Shown here: positions 1 through 10,409 of the stretch, piece after piece
Position numbering within the stretch: position 1 is the stretch's first letter
Layout of the letters: each line of letters begins with the position of its first letter
Assembly: GCF_001194135.2 (NCBI RefSeq)
Contig: NC_068985.1
Location: forward strand, 125,968,760 to 126,005,585
Length of the DNA stretch: 36,826 bases
Reading direction: 5' to 3'
From: Octopus bimaculoides
Taxonomy: Eukaryota
Made by a program: the position numbers and the translations under genes
The notes under the pieces: generated by a model
What the model saw: only the letters and a program-made list of their open reading frames with translations
The model's database searches: none
What the model was told of the DNA's origin: nothing

Positions 1-24
1 TAATTCATAAGTTGATTTCATATA

Positions 25-212
25 TGTGGTAAGTAGCTTGCTTATAAACCACATGGTTCCGGGTTCAGTCTCACTGCGTGGCACCTTGGACAAGTGTCTT
101 CTACTATAGCCTCGGGCCGACCAAAGCTTTGTGAGTGGATTTGGTAGACGGAAACTGAAAGAAGCCCGTCATATATATGTATGTATGTATGTATGTATAT
201 ATATATATATAT
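25..212 (+). mobile_element. tRNA-headed SINE, family A, 5' half plus (ATGT)/(AT) microsatellite
   Basis: TGTGGTAAG...GGGTTCAGTC (A/B-box-like), then GCACCTTGGACAAGTGTCTTCTACTATAGCCTCGGGCCGACCAAAGC...GGAAACTGAAAGAAGCCCGTC; the same body recurs at 4432, 6693, 18015 and 36441. Confidence 0.9.
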
Positions 213-302
213 AGTGAATTCAAAAAACACAGAGAAAAAGAAAGAAACAAACGTCTGGATGTGGCACAAGCAATGTATTAATAAGACGCTCAGAGAAAGA
301 AA

Positions 303-337
303 ATTTTACGTTTCGAGCATAGCTCTTCTTCGGAAAC
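303..337 (-). ncRNA. Minimal type-I hammerhead ribozyme motif at the PLE 3' end (U4>C core variant)
   Basis: Minus strand GTTT-CCGAAGA-A-GAGC(TAT)GCTC-GAAA-CG-TA-AAAT: 4-bp stem I, 4-bp stem II, palindromic ACGT stem III, GUA triplet. Confidence 0.6.
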
Positions 338-419
338 AGGAACAAACAGGGAAGTCCAAGATGGAGAAAAAAATCACCAACAATCACGTGCAGTTATATT
401 TGTAAAGTAAGTGACCGGA

Positions 420-1030
420 AGTAGGAATGAAGAGAAAATGCTTTCTGGAATATTAGAGTGGAAAACAGTTAGTATGCGTGTGCGCGAGCGTGCATGTGTG
501 ATGGTGTGTGGTGTGTGCGGTAGTGTGTGTATGTCTGGTAGCGCTTGTGCGTGTGCGCGCCTGGTAGTGTGTGTGGTATTAAATGAGTGTGTGTGTTTGC
601 GCTCGTGTGCGTAGTCTGTGTGTTTGTGTTTGTGTACGTAGTCTGTGTGCATGTGTGTGTGTGGTAGGATCTGGGTGTGAGTGTGTGTAGGTGAGTGGGT
701 ATTAATGTCACTCTGAGGGATCAGCAGCTATAGTGACAGGTGTGTGAATGGGTGGATGTGGCAATGTGTGTGTGTCCGTGTTTGCGTGTGTGGGTAGATG
801 GAAGGGTCAATAGTGGGTCAGAGGCAATCAGAAGAGGGTGTGAGAATGGGTGTGAATGACTGTAGAGGGGTGAGAAAGTGTGTGTGGGTGCGTTGGTGTA
901 GCCAAGTGTTGGGTGTTATTGTGCAGGCGTGTGTATGTGTGTGTTTCTGTGTGCGCTTGTGTGTGTGAGAGTGCGTGTGTGTATGCGTGTGTGTGTTTGC
1001 GCACGTATGCGGATCTGTGGTGTGTGGTAT
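420..1030. repeat. Degenerate (GT/TG)-rich low-complexity tract
   Basis: Imperfect GTGT/GCGT runs directly visible; it produces the spurious His/Thr and Cys/Val ORFs. Confidence 0.9.
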
Positions 1031-2910
1031 AGGAATATAAAAAATAAGAAATGATACAAATAAATAGTGGAAAATAAAATGATGAAAATGAAAAATTCAA
1101 ATAATATATAAAATTAACAAGTAATGAAAAATTAAAATTAGTAATGATAAAAAAAAAGGAAAAGGATTAAGTGAATAAATCAGAAATTCGGTAACAGAAA
1201 TAAGATCAGTAATAAAAATTAAAATTATAAAAATAATATTTAAAAATTATTAAAAAAAATTTTTTTAATTATGAAATTATTAAATTATTATTAAAATTTA
1301 TTAAGAATTATTTTTAAAAGTTATATAAAGATAAAACAGAAATAAAGGAATAAACAAATGAATATAAAAAGTGGATAAACAGATTGAGTAAAAAAGCTTT
1401 TTTAAAAAGGGTGAGTGGGGAAAGTCACTGAGAGGAGGGGGTTGTGTTGAATCCGAAATTAGTTTGGGTACGTAGAGAGAAAACGTAACGCTGTTCCAGG
1501 TGGGGTGGAGAGTTGAGGGATTCATGGAGTAGGGAAGTCCGAAGACGGTGACATCTGAAGTAGAGTGGTCGGCCGAGCGAAAATGACAGGCGACGGGGGG
1601 TGTTCTTACGTAGACGAACGTCTCGTACGCGTTCGGTGAACCGATCGGCTAGCCAACGTTTATTGCAAAGATTGCACCTGGTGCAGTAAATGATGGCTTG
1701 AATAAGTGTAGGAAGAGTTCGTAATGTAGAAGGTGTGCTGGGTGGATCCAGGTGAGGGAAGTGACGTAGGAGATGAAAAAACAGTTGTGGCAACGGGGTC
1801 TGGAGCTAGGGAAAGATCCGGGTTAGGTTGGAATAGAGGAGTTAGCTACGGACCAGTAGGTCACGTAGGTTACGGGTGCGTTTGAAGGTGGGCAAGGGTA
1901 GCTTGGAGAAATAGGGAGGTGGTGGGATGTAGCTGGAGGTGACGGAAGGCCCGCAGGATCTTCCGATGAAGTGGTAGGTTGGATGGGTGGAAAAGGAAGG
2001 CAAAGGGAATGCGGTAGGAAGATCGGTGTGGGAAGGAGAGAGGACGGTAGTGCGATCGATTTGACGAGCGCGAGTAAGGGCAGTTTGGACAAGGGTGGAA
2101 GGGTAACCGCGATGAATGACCAAGAGGACCAGGTATTGGGACTGGGTCTCGAAATTCTGGTCCCGGCCGCACAGGTGTCGGAGGCAGAGGAACTGGGAAT
2201 ATGGGATGACCCGCTTGGTGTGGATGGGATGAGAGGAGGGCAAGTTGAGGTAGAGGTAGGTGTCCGTGGATTTAAAGAAGGTGGAGGGGGTGAGAGAATG
2301 GGTGAGGGGATCAATGGACAAAGAGATATCGAGGGAGTTGATGGAAGTATCAGAGATAGTAGAGGTGAATTGGAGAGAAGGGTGGAAGTTAGAAACGAAA
2401 GAGATGAAATGGGGGAGCTGTTCGCGAGAGAGAGGTCTATATAGTCGTCTATATAGCAACTGTATAACTCTGGGGTCGGTTCGGAGAACTGTGAGAAAAT
2501 TTGGGTCTCAATGTAACCAACAAATAAATTAGCAAAATTGGGGCCATTATTTTTCCCATAATGGCACCAGAACCGCTGCTAATTCTCTCCTGTTAGTAAA
2601 GCAGTTGAGTGTGCGGACAAATTCTGCAAGGTGGAGAAGGATGGAGTGTAGAGTTGGGCTGATGGTCGAGAAAGTATTGGAGGGCTAGGAAGCCGTTGTT
2701 GTGGGGATCACAACGTACAAGGATTTTATGTCCCTAGTGAAAAGGATGCGTGAAGGGCCGGGAGGGAAGGGGAAGGAATTGAAGAGGCGAAGCGCATGGT
2801 TAGTGTCATGGATATGCGACAGGGGGCGGCGATAAGAGGGGAAAGAATAAGGTCGAGATATTTGGAGATATATAATATGGTGAGGGGGCTCTGTGAGTGT
2901 GCGCATTCAT

Positions 2911-3023
2911 ATTTCTATAAATATGTATGTGTATATATGTATGTGTATATATGTATTTATGTATGTATATATATATATATTTATATATATATATGCATAT
3001 ATATATACATATATATATATATA

Positions 3024-3107
<84 letters not shown>

Positions 3108-3109
3108 AG

Positions 3110-3153
<44 letters not shown>
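2911..3153. repeat. (TA)n then (GT)n microsatellite
   Basis: Directly visible. Confidence 0.97.
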
Positions 3154-3155
<2 letters not shown>

Positions 3156-3547
3156 CCTCTAAGACATTAACTCTATTAGTTAGTCGCTTTTTTTAAATTG
3201 ATATTTTAAACTTATTTTAATGAAAAACTATATTTTCGGCTCCAAATATTGCTTTCACAGTGTTTGTAATTATACACTGGTGGGTTAACTGAACATGTGC
3301 GAGTGGTATACTGGTGAAATTATACCCAATATTTATATCTCGTGCCTTCACTGTCGCTAATATATCTAATCTGGATAAAATAGGGTCTAATCTTAATCAG
3401 AACCGGTGAAGAACGCGACTTATTCAACAGTAAATAGCTCCTGCATGATCATAGAAGCACGTTTTGGTGACCTGGTTTTATTTTTAAATATTTCGATATA
3501 ACTATACTTCGATATATTTTTCTGTTCTGGTGAACTCCACGCACCTA

Positions 3548-3642
3548 TACATACTTACATATGTACATACATACATACATACATATGTACATACATACAT
3601 ACATACATATGTACATACATGCATACATACATACATACACAC
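3548..3642. repeat. (CATA)n microsatellite
   Basis: Directly visible. Confidence 0.95.
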
Positions 3643-3647
3643 GCATA

Positions 3648-3860
3648 TATTCTTTTATTGTTTTACTTGTTTCAGTCATTTGACTGCGGCCATGCTGGAG
3701 CACCAGCTTGGAGGATTTTGGCTGAACAATTTGACTTATTTTTTAGCCTAATACTTCTTCTATCTTTTACAGAACCGCTAAGTTACGGAGATGTAAACAC
3801 ACCAACACAGGTTGTCAAACGGTGATGGGGTAACAAACACAGACACAAAGACACACATAC
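3648..3860 (-). mobile_element. SINE family A, 3' half
   Basis: Reverse complement of the 6945-7138 segment: CTTGTTTCAGTCATTTGACTGCGGCCATGCTGGAGCACC...GAACCGCTAAGTTACGGAGATGTAAACACACC. Confidence 0.88.
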
Positions 3861-4431
3861 ATAGATTTATACACACACACATATATACATATAAATTAAT
3901 CAAAGGACATACTAAGTATGTCTACCTGCTGGAAATAGCAGTCAAAACTTTTATTTAAATCGCCAAAATACACTGATAAGAACTACAGAAATTAACCGTC
4001 CACGGGAAACCGGGCTAAGACAATTTCTCAGCATACACTCAAGTATTTGGACTCACGTGGGCTGGTTTCTGAACTGACATAATAGCCTCACCTTCCTCAG
4101 CACGCGTTACCGTGATAGAGAGCCCCAACCCGTCGTGCTGAAGTCTGCGCTGCAACTGATACGTTTTGCACCGAAATGGTGGCAACCACAAGTGTGAAAA
4201 TAATTTCAATACGGAGCAAATAATTCACGAAAAAATAATTTGCGTAGATATCNNNNNNNNNNNNNNNNNNNNNNNNNNNNNNNNNNNNNNNNNNNNNNNN
4301 NNNNNNNNNNNNNNNNNNNNNNNNNNNNNNNNNNNNNNNNNNNNNNNNNNNNNNNNNNNNNNNNNNNNNNNNNNNNNNNNNNNNNNNNNNNNNNNNNNNN
4401 NNNNTATATATATATATATATGTATATATAT

Positions 4432-4570
4432 ACAACGGGTTTATTTCAGTTTCTGTCTACAAAATCCACTCACGAGGCTTTGGTCGGCCCGAGGCTATAG
4501 TAGAAGACACCTGGGCAGAGAGACTGAACCTGAATCCATGCGGTTAGGAAGCAAGCTTCTACCACATAAT
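4432..4570 (-). mobile_element. SINE family A, 5' half
   Basis: TTTCAGTTTCTGTCTACAAAATCCACTCACGAGGCTTTGGTCGGCCCGAGGCTATAGTAGAAGACAC...GGAAGCAAGCTTCTACCACA. Confidence 0.88.
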
Positions 4571-4579
4571 GTGTGTATG

Positions 4580-4611
<32 letters not shown>

Positions 4612-4679
4612 AGTGTGAGAGAGAGAGAGACAGAGAGACAGAGGGGCAGAGAGACAGAGAGACAGAGAGACAGAGAGAT

Positions 4680-4745
<66 letters not shown>
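4571..4745. repeat. (GT)n / (GA)n / (GAGAGAGATA)n compound microsatellite
   Basis: Directly visible. Confidence 0.95.
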
Positions 4746-4746
<1 letters not shown>

Positions 4747-4749
4747 AGG

Positions 4750-4880
4750 TGCGTAGTCAAGTAGTTATAATGTTGCAATCATGATCGTATGATAACGGTT
4801 TCGTGGTTTTGAATTCCTTTAGCGACATAGTGTTGTGCTGTCCAAAACACTTCATTTCACGTTAGACCAGTCCACTTGCA
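4750..4880 (+). mobile_element. Degenerate 5' fragment of SINE family D
   Basis: TTGTG..GTCCAAAACACTTCATTTCACGTTAGACCAGTCCACT resembles 28055-28103. Confidence 0.5.
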
Positions 4881-5055
4881 TTTCGTTATCTCACCATTAG
4901 CATTCATTACTAACAAGTATACACGCCAGTGAACTGCACACAAGTGATTGTGTAATGCAACTACGGGCACGCGCACACACACACACGCACATCAACGAGC
5001 AATTTTAACGTACTCATACAATGAATATTACTACTCCCATTTTTTCTTTTCTCTC

Positions 5056-5130
<75 letters not shown>

Positions 5131-5570
5131 CTCTTTGATGCACACACTTCAATGCACTTCTTGAAAGATAAATATTTGCTCACACACACACATACATGCC
5201 CGCACGCATACAAGATATGCATGTTTACTGAAAAGCCCGGACAAATTTGGGCATACATTCTCTGCCACTATCTCACCCTCTAAAAAATCATCAAATTACG
5301 AAATTGTAATAATTGGGAACGCCTACGTCTTTAGTATCTTCACATTAGCATGTATGCCAACTTATAAGAATGCCTTCGTATGCATGCGTCAGAGTTTCGG
5401 AAGTACGGTTCCAAACTTTGTTACATAAACAATTAAATTCAAGATGATTGTTAAATAATGTCACTTTCTAACAGACAAATTATTATAGTATCACATCAAA
5501 GCCCCTACGGCAGCAGTTGATTACAGCACCCACGTCTGCGATGGTTTTGCTGCTCCATACAGATGCGAAT

Positions 5571-5862
5571 GCGCGTGGCTTAGTGGTTATGGTATCCGGT
5601 CCTCGACCGTGAGGTTATGAGTTCGACACCCGGCAGGATGTTGTGTCCTTCAGCCAGACACTTTATTTCCACTCAGAAAAATGAGTAGTACCTGTATTTC
5701 AAAGGGCCAGTCTAGTACATAGTGTGTCACGCTGAATTTCCCTAAGAACTACGTTAAGTGTACGCGTTTGTGGAGTGCTCAGCCACTTGCACGTTAATTT
5801 CACGAGCAGGCTGTTCCGTTGATCAGGTCAGCTGGAACACTCGTTGTAATCAACGGAGTGAC
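5571..5862 (+). mobile_element. tRNA-headed SINE family C (short-middle variant)
   Basis: TGGCTTAGTGG (A box) and GAGTTCGACACC (B box); the 3' domain GTACCTGTATTTCAAAGGGCCAG...GGAGTGCTCAGCCACTTGCACGTTAATTTCACGAGCAGGCTGTTCCGTTGAT is shared with 17130-17513. Confidence 0.85.
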
Positions 5863-6692
5863 AGTCATATACAGGAACATACTGGATTGCACCCAAAAGC
5901 AAAAATAGTTACTCGGTTGTTTGGTATGAAATAGCCTCCAAAAATAATCCTAACTCTGACCCAGAAATACGGTGTCTTCTCGTTGTCTTTTCTATTCCTA
6001 CTCTAATTTCATCTGTTCCTTCAAACTCACTGGTTTCGTGTCACCTCCACTTAGACACTCACACCTCATCTCACTTCCTTCGGTCACCCATTTTGTGTCT
6101 TATTTCATAAGACTCGTTGTAACCATTCTTCCCCATAACGTCGACCCGTTAGAATTCTCTCTCTGAACATGTTTTTTTGTCTTTTTTTTTTTTTAATGTC
6201 GAAGCGTCTGTGAAAGTTATTGACACACAGCTTCTCACCTCAGTCGAAATCAATGTAAATGAAAATTTTTTAAAATACAATTTGGCAATAAAGAGCCTCT
6301 GAAAACATATCGGAAAATTCACAAAGGTTTAGTTAGGACTTTTGTTTTTCCTACCACCCAAATATTTTTTTGCTTTGCAGGTGTTGATTTGCAACGTTTT
6401 AAATGGAACATTGACAGCATCTATCTAATTGGCTTTGGAAGGCCTGTATAGGCCACTGGCTCAGCTATTTCGCAAACATTCACTGATTGATTCCAGTTCT
6501 CACTAATTATATTGTTCACCAGCTAGAGATGACACGCACTAAAAAATATAATAGAGCAAAATAAAGTACAAATAAAACATCAGACCCTTGGATATACACA
6601 GAAATGACAGCAAAAAACTGTCAATTCTAAAAGCGATTCTCTAGCATCTTTCCGGTTATAATGACTGAATCAAACTAATGGACATATGTACA

Positions 6693-6854
6693 TGCATAGG
6701 AGTAGGTGTGTGGTAAGAAGCTTGCTTTTCTACCACATGGTTCCGGGTTCAGTCCCACTACGTGACACCTTGGGCAAGTATCTTCTACTGTAGCCTCGAG
6801 CCAGCCAAAACCTTGTGAGTGGATTTGGTAGACGGAAACTGAAAGACGCCAGTC

Positions 6855-6886
<32 letters not shown>

Positions 6887-6894
6887 GTGTGTGT

Positions 6895-6938
<44 letters not shown>

Positions 6939-7138
6939 TTGTGCCCCACCATCGCTTGACCACTAATGTTGGTGTGTTTACGTCCCCATAACTTAGCGGT
7001 TCAGCAAAAAAAAAGAACCGATAGAATAAGTACTAGGCTTACAAAGAATAAGTCCCGAGGTCGATTTGTTCGACTAAAGGCGGTGCTGCAGCATGGCCGC
7101 AGTCAAATGACTGAAATAAGCAAAAGAATAAAAGAATA
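6693..7138 (+). mobile_element. Full-length SINE family A: tRNA head, body, internal (TA)(TG) microsatellite, 3' domain, (AAAGAAT) tail
   Basis: Both halves found separately elsewhere are contiguous here; it ends AAAAGAATAAAAGAATA. Confidence 0.92.
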
Positions 7139-7551
7139 CATATACACTTAGATACATACATACATGATGATGGCCGTCCACTCGTGACCGAGGAAGACCA
7201 TTGCCGACCTTCAGGAACATTCTGCGCTCTAGTACTAACTTACATTTTGCATGTACGGCTAATGAGCTTATCAAGAGCAGGGCTCATTACATACAAACAT
7301 ACATACAGACAGACAGACAGACNNNNNNNNNNNNNNNNNNNNNNNNNNNNNNNNNNNNNNNNNNNNNNNNNNNNNNNNNNNNNNNNNNNNNNNNNNNNNN
7401 NNNNNNNNNNNNNNNNNNNNNNNNNNNNNNNNNNNNNNNNNNNNNNNNNNNNNNNNNNNNNNNNNNNNNNNNNNGACAGACAGACAGACGGACAGACAGA
7501 CAGACGGACAGACAGACAGACGGACAGACAGACAGACGGACAGACAGACAG

Positions 7552-8444
7552 AGGTTCAGGAAAAGCAGTAAAATGTGACAACCGATGCAGACTTTGTGGA
7601 GTTAGCACCGAGTTAACACCTACATAATAAGCAGTTGTCCGAAAAACTCATCACGGTATTATCTACCGATGAAACATGACTTTGTAGCTATGACGAGATC
7701 CATCGAAAGGATAAGCCCGACAACAAAGAAATAAGAACCCACAGTATGGTGGAGCTATAGCCACTCTTAATACTGGTGGAATGTACCAGTGAAAGCCTCA
7801 ATAAAATATAATCACAATAGATATGATATAATGATTTTGGATAGAGAAGAGAAACTATACAGTTGTGAAAATTAGCTGTCCAGCGGATGTTAACATAAAG
7901 CTGAAGGTCAGTGAAAAAGAGAACACCTATGCTGAACTATTGAAAAATCTGCAGTTATTCTGTCCAGATTACAAGTTCATGTGTGTACCTGTAATTATTG
8001 GGGCACTGGGATATGTAACACACTGCCTAAATACCAATCTTGAGAAATTGCGCTTCTCAAACCAGAAAGGAGAAAGCTAATTCGAAGACTACAGATCCAA
8101 TCCATCAATGGAACTGTAAAAATCTGTAAAACTTTCCAGAAGTTTATCATTTAAGTATATATAAGCATGTCTAGATATGCAGGTATATGCATGAGAAGAC
8201 ATGCATAAAGCAAAGCATACAAATCTGCACGTATACATACATACATACATAATACATACATACATATATACACAGATACATGCATGCGTGCATGCATACA
8301 TACATTACATACATACATACACACATACGTATAAAAATACACCGTTGTTGATGTTGAAATTTCAATGAAGTAGGCTTGGATCTTGATTAGAAACCGGCTC
8401 TTTCTCTATTGGCCAGAAATCTTGAAATAATACTGAATAATGAC
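7552..8444 (+). mobile_element. R4/Dong-like non-LTR retrotransposon 3' fragment: CCHC finger, RHD-like motif, RLE endonuclease, 3' UTR
   Basis: CDNRCRLCGVSTE/HIISSCPK...YYLPMKHDFVA, then KISCPADVNIKLKVSEKENTYAELL...VPVIIGALGYV...LQIQSINGTVKICKTFQKFII* (stop 8152-8154). The putative UTR ends ...GAATAATGAC before (ATAC)n; the 5' junction lies in (GACA)n. Confidence 0.8.
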
Positions 8445-8500
8445 ATACTAGCATACATACATACATACATACATACATACATACATACATACATACATAC

Positions 8501-8930
8501 AAGTTTGGCTCGGGGCACTGACAAGTTTATGACATCCCACTACGAAGGCTATCCACATACAGTTCAAGAAGAAAAGATCCCTGTCAAGTGCCTAGAGCAT
8601 AAAAAGCAGAAAACATTGATCGACAACAAATGTGAGCCGTGTAAAACTAAATGAAGATGTCAACCACATTATTTTCAACTACGTGAGAATGTCACCCAGA
8701 TATTATCTTCCCCTGAGACATAATGTAGTGGTTAGAACAGTCTCAAACAGAATAAAAAACAGAAAATAGCAACAAATTTGACTATATTGAAATCGATGGG
8801 TTAAAAGAATAGTGTTGGAATTTAAAAATAAAACAGATACCAAGTTAAAACACCACCGGTCAGATACTGTTGTGTGGCTCCAGAAGAATAAAAGATGCTC
8901 TGTTGTGGAAATCCGCTGCCCTCTGCGTTG
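8501..8930 (+). mobile_element. Second, more diverged R4/Dong-like fragment
   Basis: MTSHYEGYPHTVQEEKIPVK...DNKCEPCKTK/EDVNHII...YYLPLRHNVV...KLKHHRSDTVVW...CSVVEIRCPL; it starts immediately after the (ATAC)n at 8445-8500. Confidence 0.7.
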
Positions 8931-9032
8931 TGAGAAAAATGCAAGAGGAAGGAAATGCCTATGGACCATTCATAAGGAATTTTCCTTATCAGTAACAAAG
9001 ATACTCTTTCGGTTTCACACCTATTATTACAG

Positions 9033-9155
9033 AAGCAACAGGATAAGCACTAATATGCTTAGAGCAAAGTATGGCCGAACTTGGGTTCTTATAAAGAAAA
9101 GGCAACTCTTTTATTCATATGCTACAAATGGTCATATCGGGGACAATGAAAATCT
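9033..9155 (+). CDS. Candidate internal exon of an unidentified host gene (123 nt, phase 2-2)
   Basis: Acceptor CTCTTTCGGTTTCACACCTATTATTACAG| and donor CT|GTAAGA; only one frame is open: SNRISTNMLRAKYGRTWVLIKKRQLFYSYATNGHIGDNEN(L). Confidence 0.55.
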
Positions 9156-9468
9156 GTAAGACCTTAAGACTTAAAGAACAATGAACAAAAAATATTCCTT
9201 CCTTCACAATCTTGCTACCAAGCAGGTGGTCGGTCTAGATTAAAACTAAAATCAAAAGAAACGAAAATATATATACATACATAATGTATTGACTTTTTTT
9301 TCTTAAATAACAATATATATTTTGACTATTTCGAAGATTTGTATATTAACTTTGTAAAGCGATTTCATGTAATATCTTTATTCAATTCATCTGACTTCAA
9401 CATTTCAATCGCCAATATTTTGCCTGAATTGAGTTGCACATTGGATTTGTTTTATATTGTATATACAG

Positions 9469-9737
9469 TTAGAAAATTACTATTTGTAAATCTGACAACG
9501 AGATATTCAGCAACAGTACTTTAGAGTAAAGATTATTTGCCAACATAATATGGCAGTCCTGGTTTAGGACACAGATCGTGTCGTATAGCCAGCTGGAGAT
9601 GATGTCTCCTGGGGCTAAATTACAGCAACATTCGTCCTAAACCAGGACTGCCATATTATGTTGACAAATAATCTTTACTCCAAAGTACTGTTGCTGAATA
9701 TCTCTCGTTGTGAGATTTACAAATAGTAATTTTCTAA
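9469..9737. repeat. Long inverted repeat (fold-back): 102/104-bp arms, 63-nt spacer
   Basis: 9469-9570 versus the reverse complement of 9634-9737 differ by 3 substitutions and one 2-nt indel. Confidence 0.95.
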
Positions 9738-10256
9738 TTCATAGATCAGTGACTAGTTGTCACTTTGAAAACTATATATTTAGAACGGGAATTTGGCAGC
9801 GTCACCTTCACCCGAACAATTTTTTTTGTTTTTTGAAGAACTCTAGCCGAATTTTTTGTATGAGGCCGCCATTGTTGGGTGGTGGTAAATAACTGAGAAA
9901 AATGAAAAGTTATGCAGAAGCTACTGGAGATCGAGTTGCCCTTAGACCCACGTGTGCTGAAACAGGAGATGTTACAGTGGAATGCAGAGCTGATAAAGAA
10001 ATATAGTAGCATGGTAAGGAAAGAGGGATCAAATATAAAAATGACCCTGCCAGAGGAGGAAAAAGTGAAAATGGAAAAGAAGACGGTCATATTCAGAACA
10101 TTTTCGAATAAAAATAGAATTGAACACGCACCGCAGGATGAAATAGAACTTTTAGAACATATAGGAGATAGCATAGCGTTCTTTACGAGAGGAAAGAGAT
10201 ATGTGTCTATAGTTGTAACCTTTATATCACGAGAGAAGGCGAAAAAAACTCCAACA

Positions 10257-10409
10257 AACATCGTCGAAAAATACCTTAGAATGAGAACCCAGGTTCAAAA
10301 TTTCCCCAAGAAACCTGATGAAGGCTGGAGGGTATATCAGCCGAAACGTTGTGTTAACAACAAACAAGATGAGGACAATTATCCGTCAATTGTAAATAAT
10401 GTAAATAAT
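10257..10409 (+). mobile_element. Short hammerhead-bearing repeat, copy 1, inside the Tx1-like LINE
   Basis: Aligns by eye (~85%) to the reverse complement of 31035-31190. Confidence 0.8.
10310..10355 (+). ncRNA. Minimal type-I hammerhead motif
   Basis: GAAAC-CTGATGA-A-GGCTG(GAGGGTATAT)CAGCC-GAAA-CG-TT-GTGTT: 5-bp stem II, palindromic ACGT, GUU triplet, stem I with one mismatch. Confidence 0.65.

Larger units (their letters stand above)
213..2906 (-). mobile_element. Penelope-like element (PLE), 5'-truncated and frameshifted: RT, GIY-YIG and a long 3' UTR
   Basis: Minus-strand translations give [10 protein letters not shown]...LFTRDIKSLY (2685-2906), GPNFANLFVGYIE...YIDD (YIDD at 2444-2455), SNFHPSLQFT...SSHPIHTKRVIPYSQFL...RGYP...FKRTRNLRDLLVRS (1842-2459) and IIYCTRCNLC...LADRFTERVRDVR...EQRYVFSLRT...GFN (1425-1793). 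Both ends abut (TA)n. Including 213-1424 as 3' UTR is inferred from the terminal hammerhead motif. Confidence 0.85.

Noticed and set aside
3982-4250. Possible small Helitron (ACTAC...CCGT-CC-ACGG hairpin; ...GTAGAT end)
   Set aside because: The terminal CTAG is not intact and the far end runs into an N gap; support is too weak.
5571-5640. tRNA genes at SINE heads (also 6693, 17440-17513, 27810-27879, 27985)
   Set aside because: A/B boxes are present but I could not fold a complete cloverleaf, and each continues into a repeated SINE body.
7165-7205. Possible RTE-type 3' tail on the minus strand (…CGAGTGGACGGCCATCATCAT)
   Set aside because: Only ~40 nt, single occurrence in the window, and based on recall alone.
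9841-9851. CTCTAGCCGAA as a definite TSD of the Tx1-like LINE
   Set aside because: No poly(A) or simple-repeat tail precedes the 3' copy and similarity extends patchily beyond the 11-mer, so TSD versus terminal repeat is unresolved; not reported as a feature.
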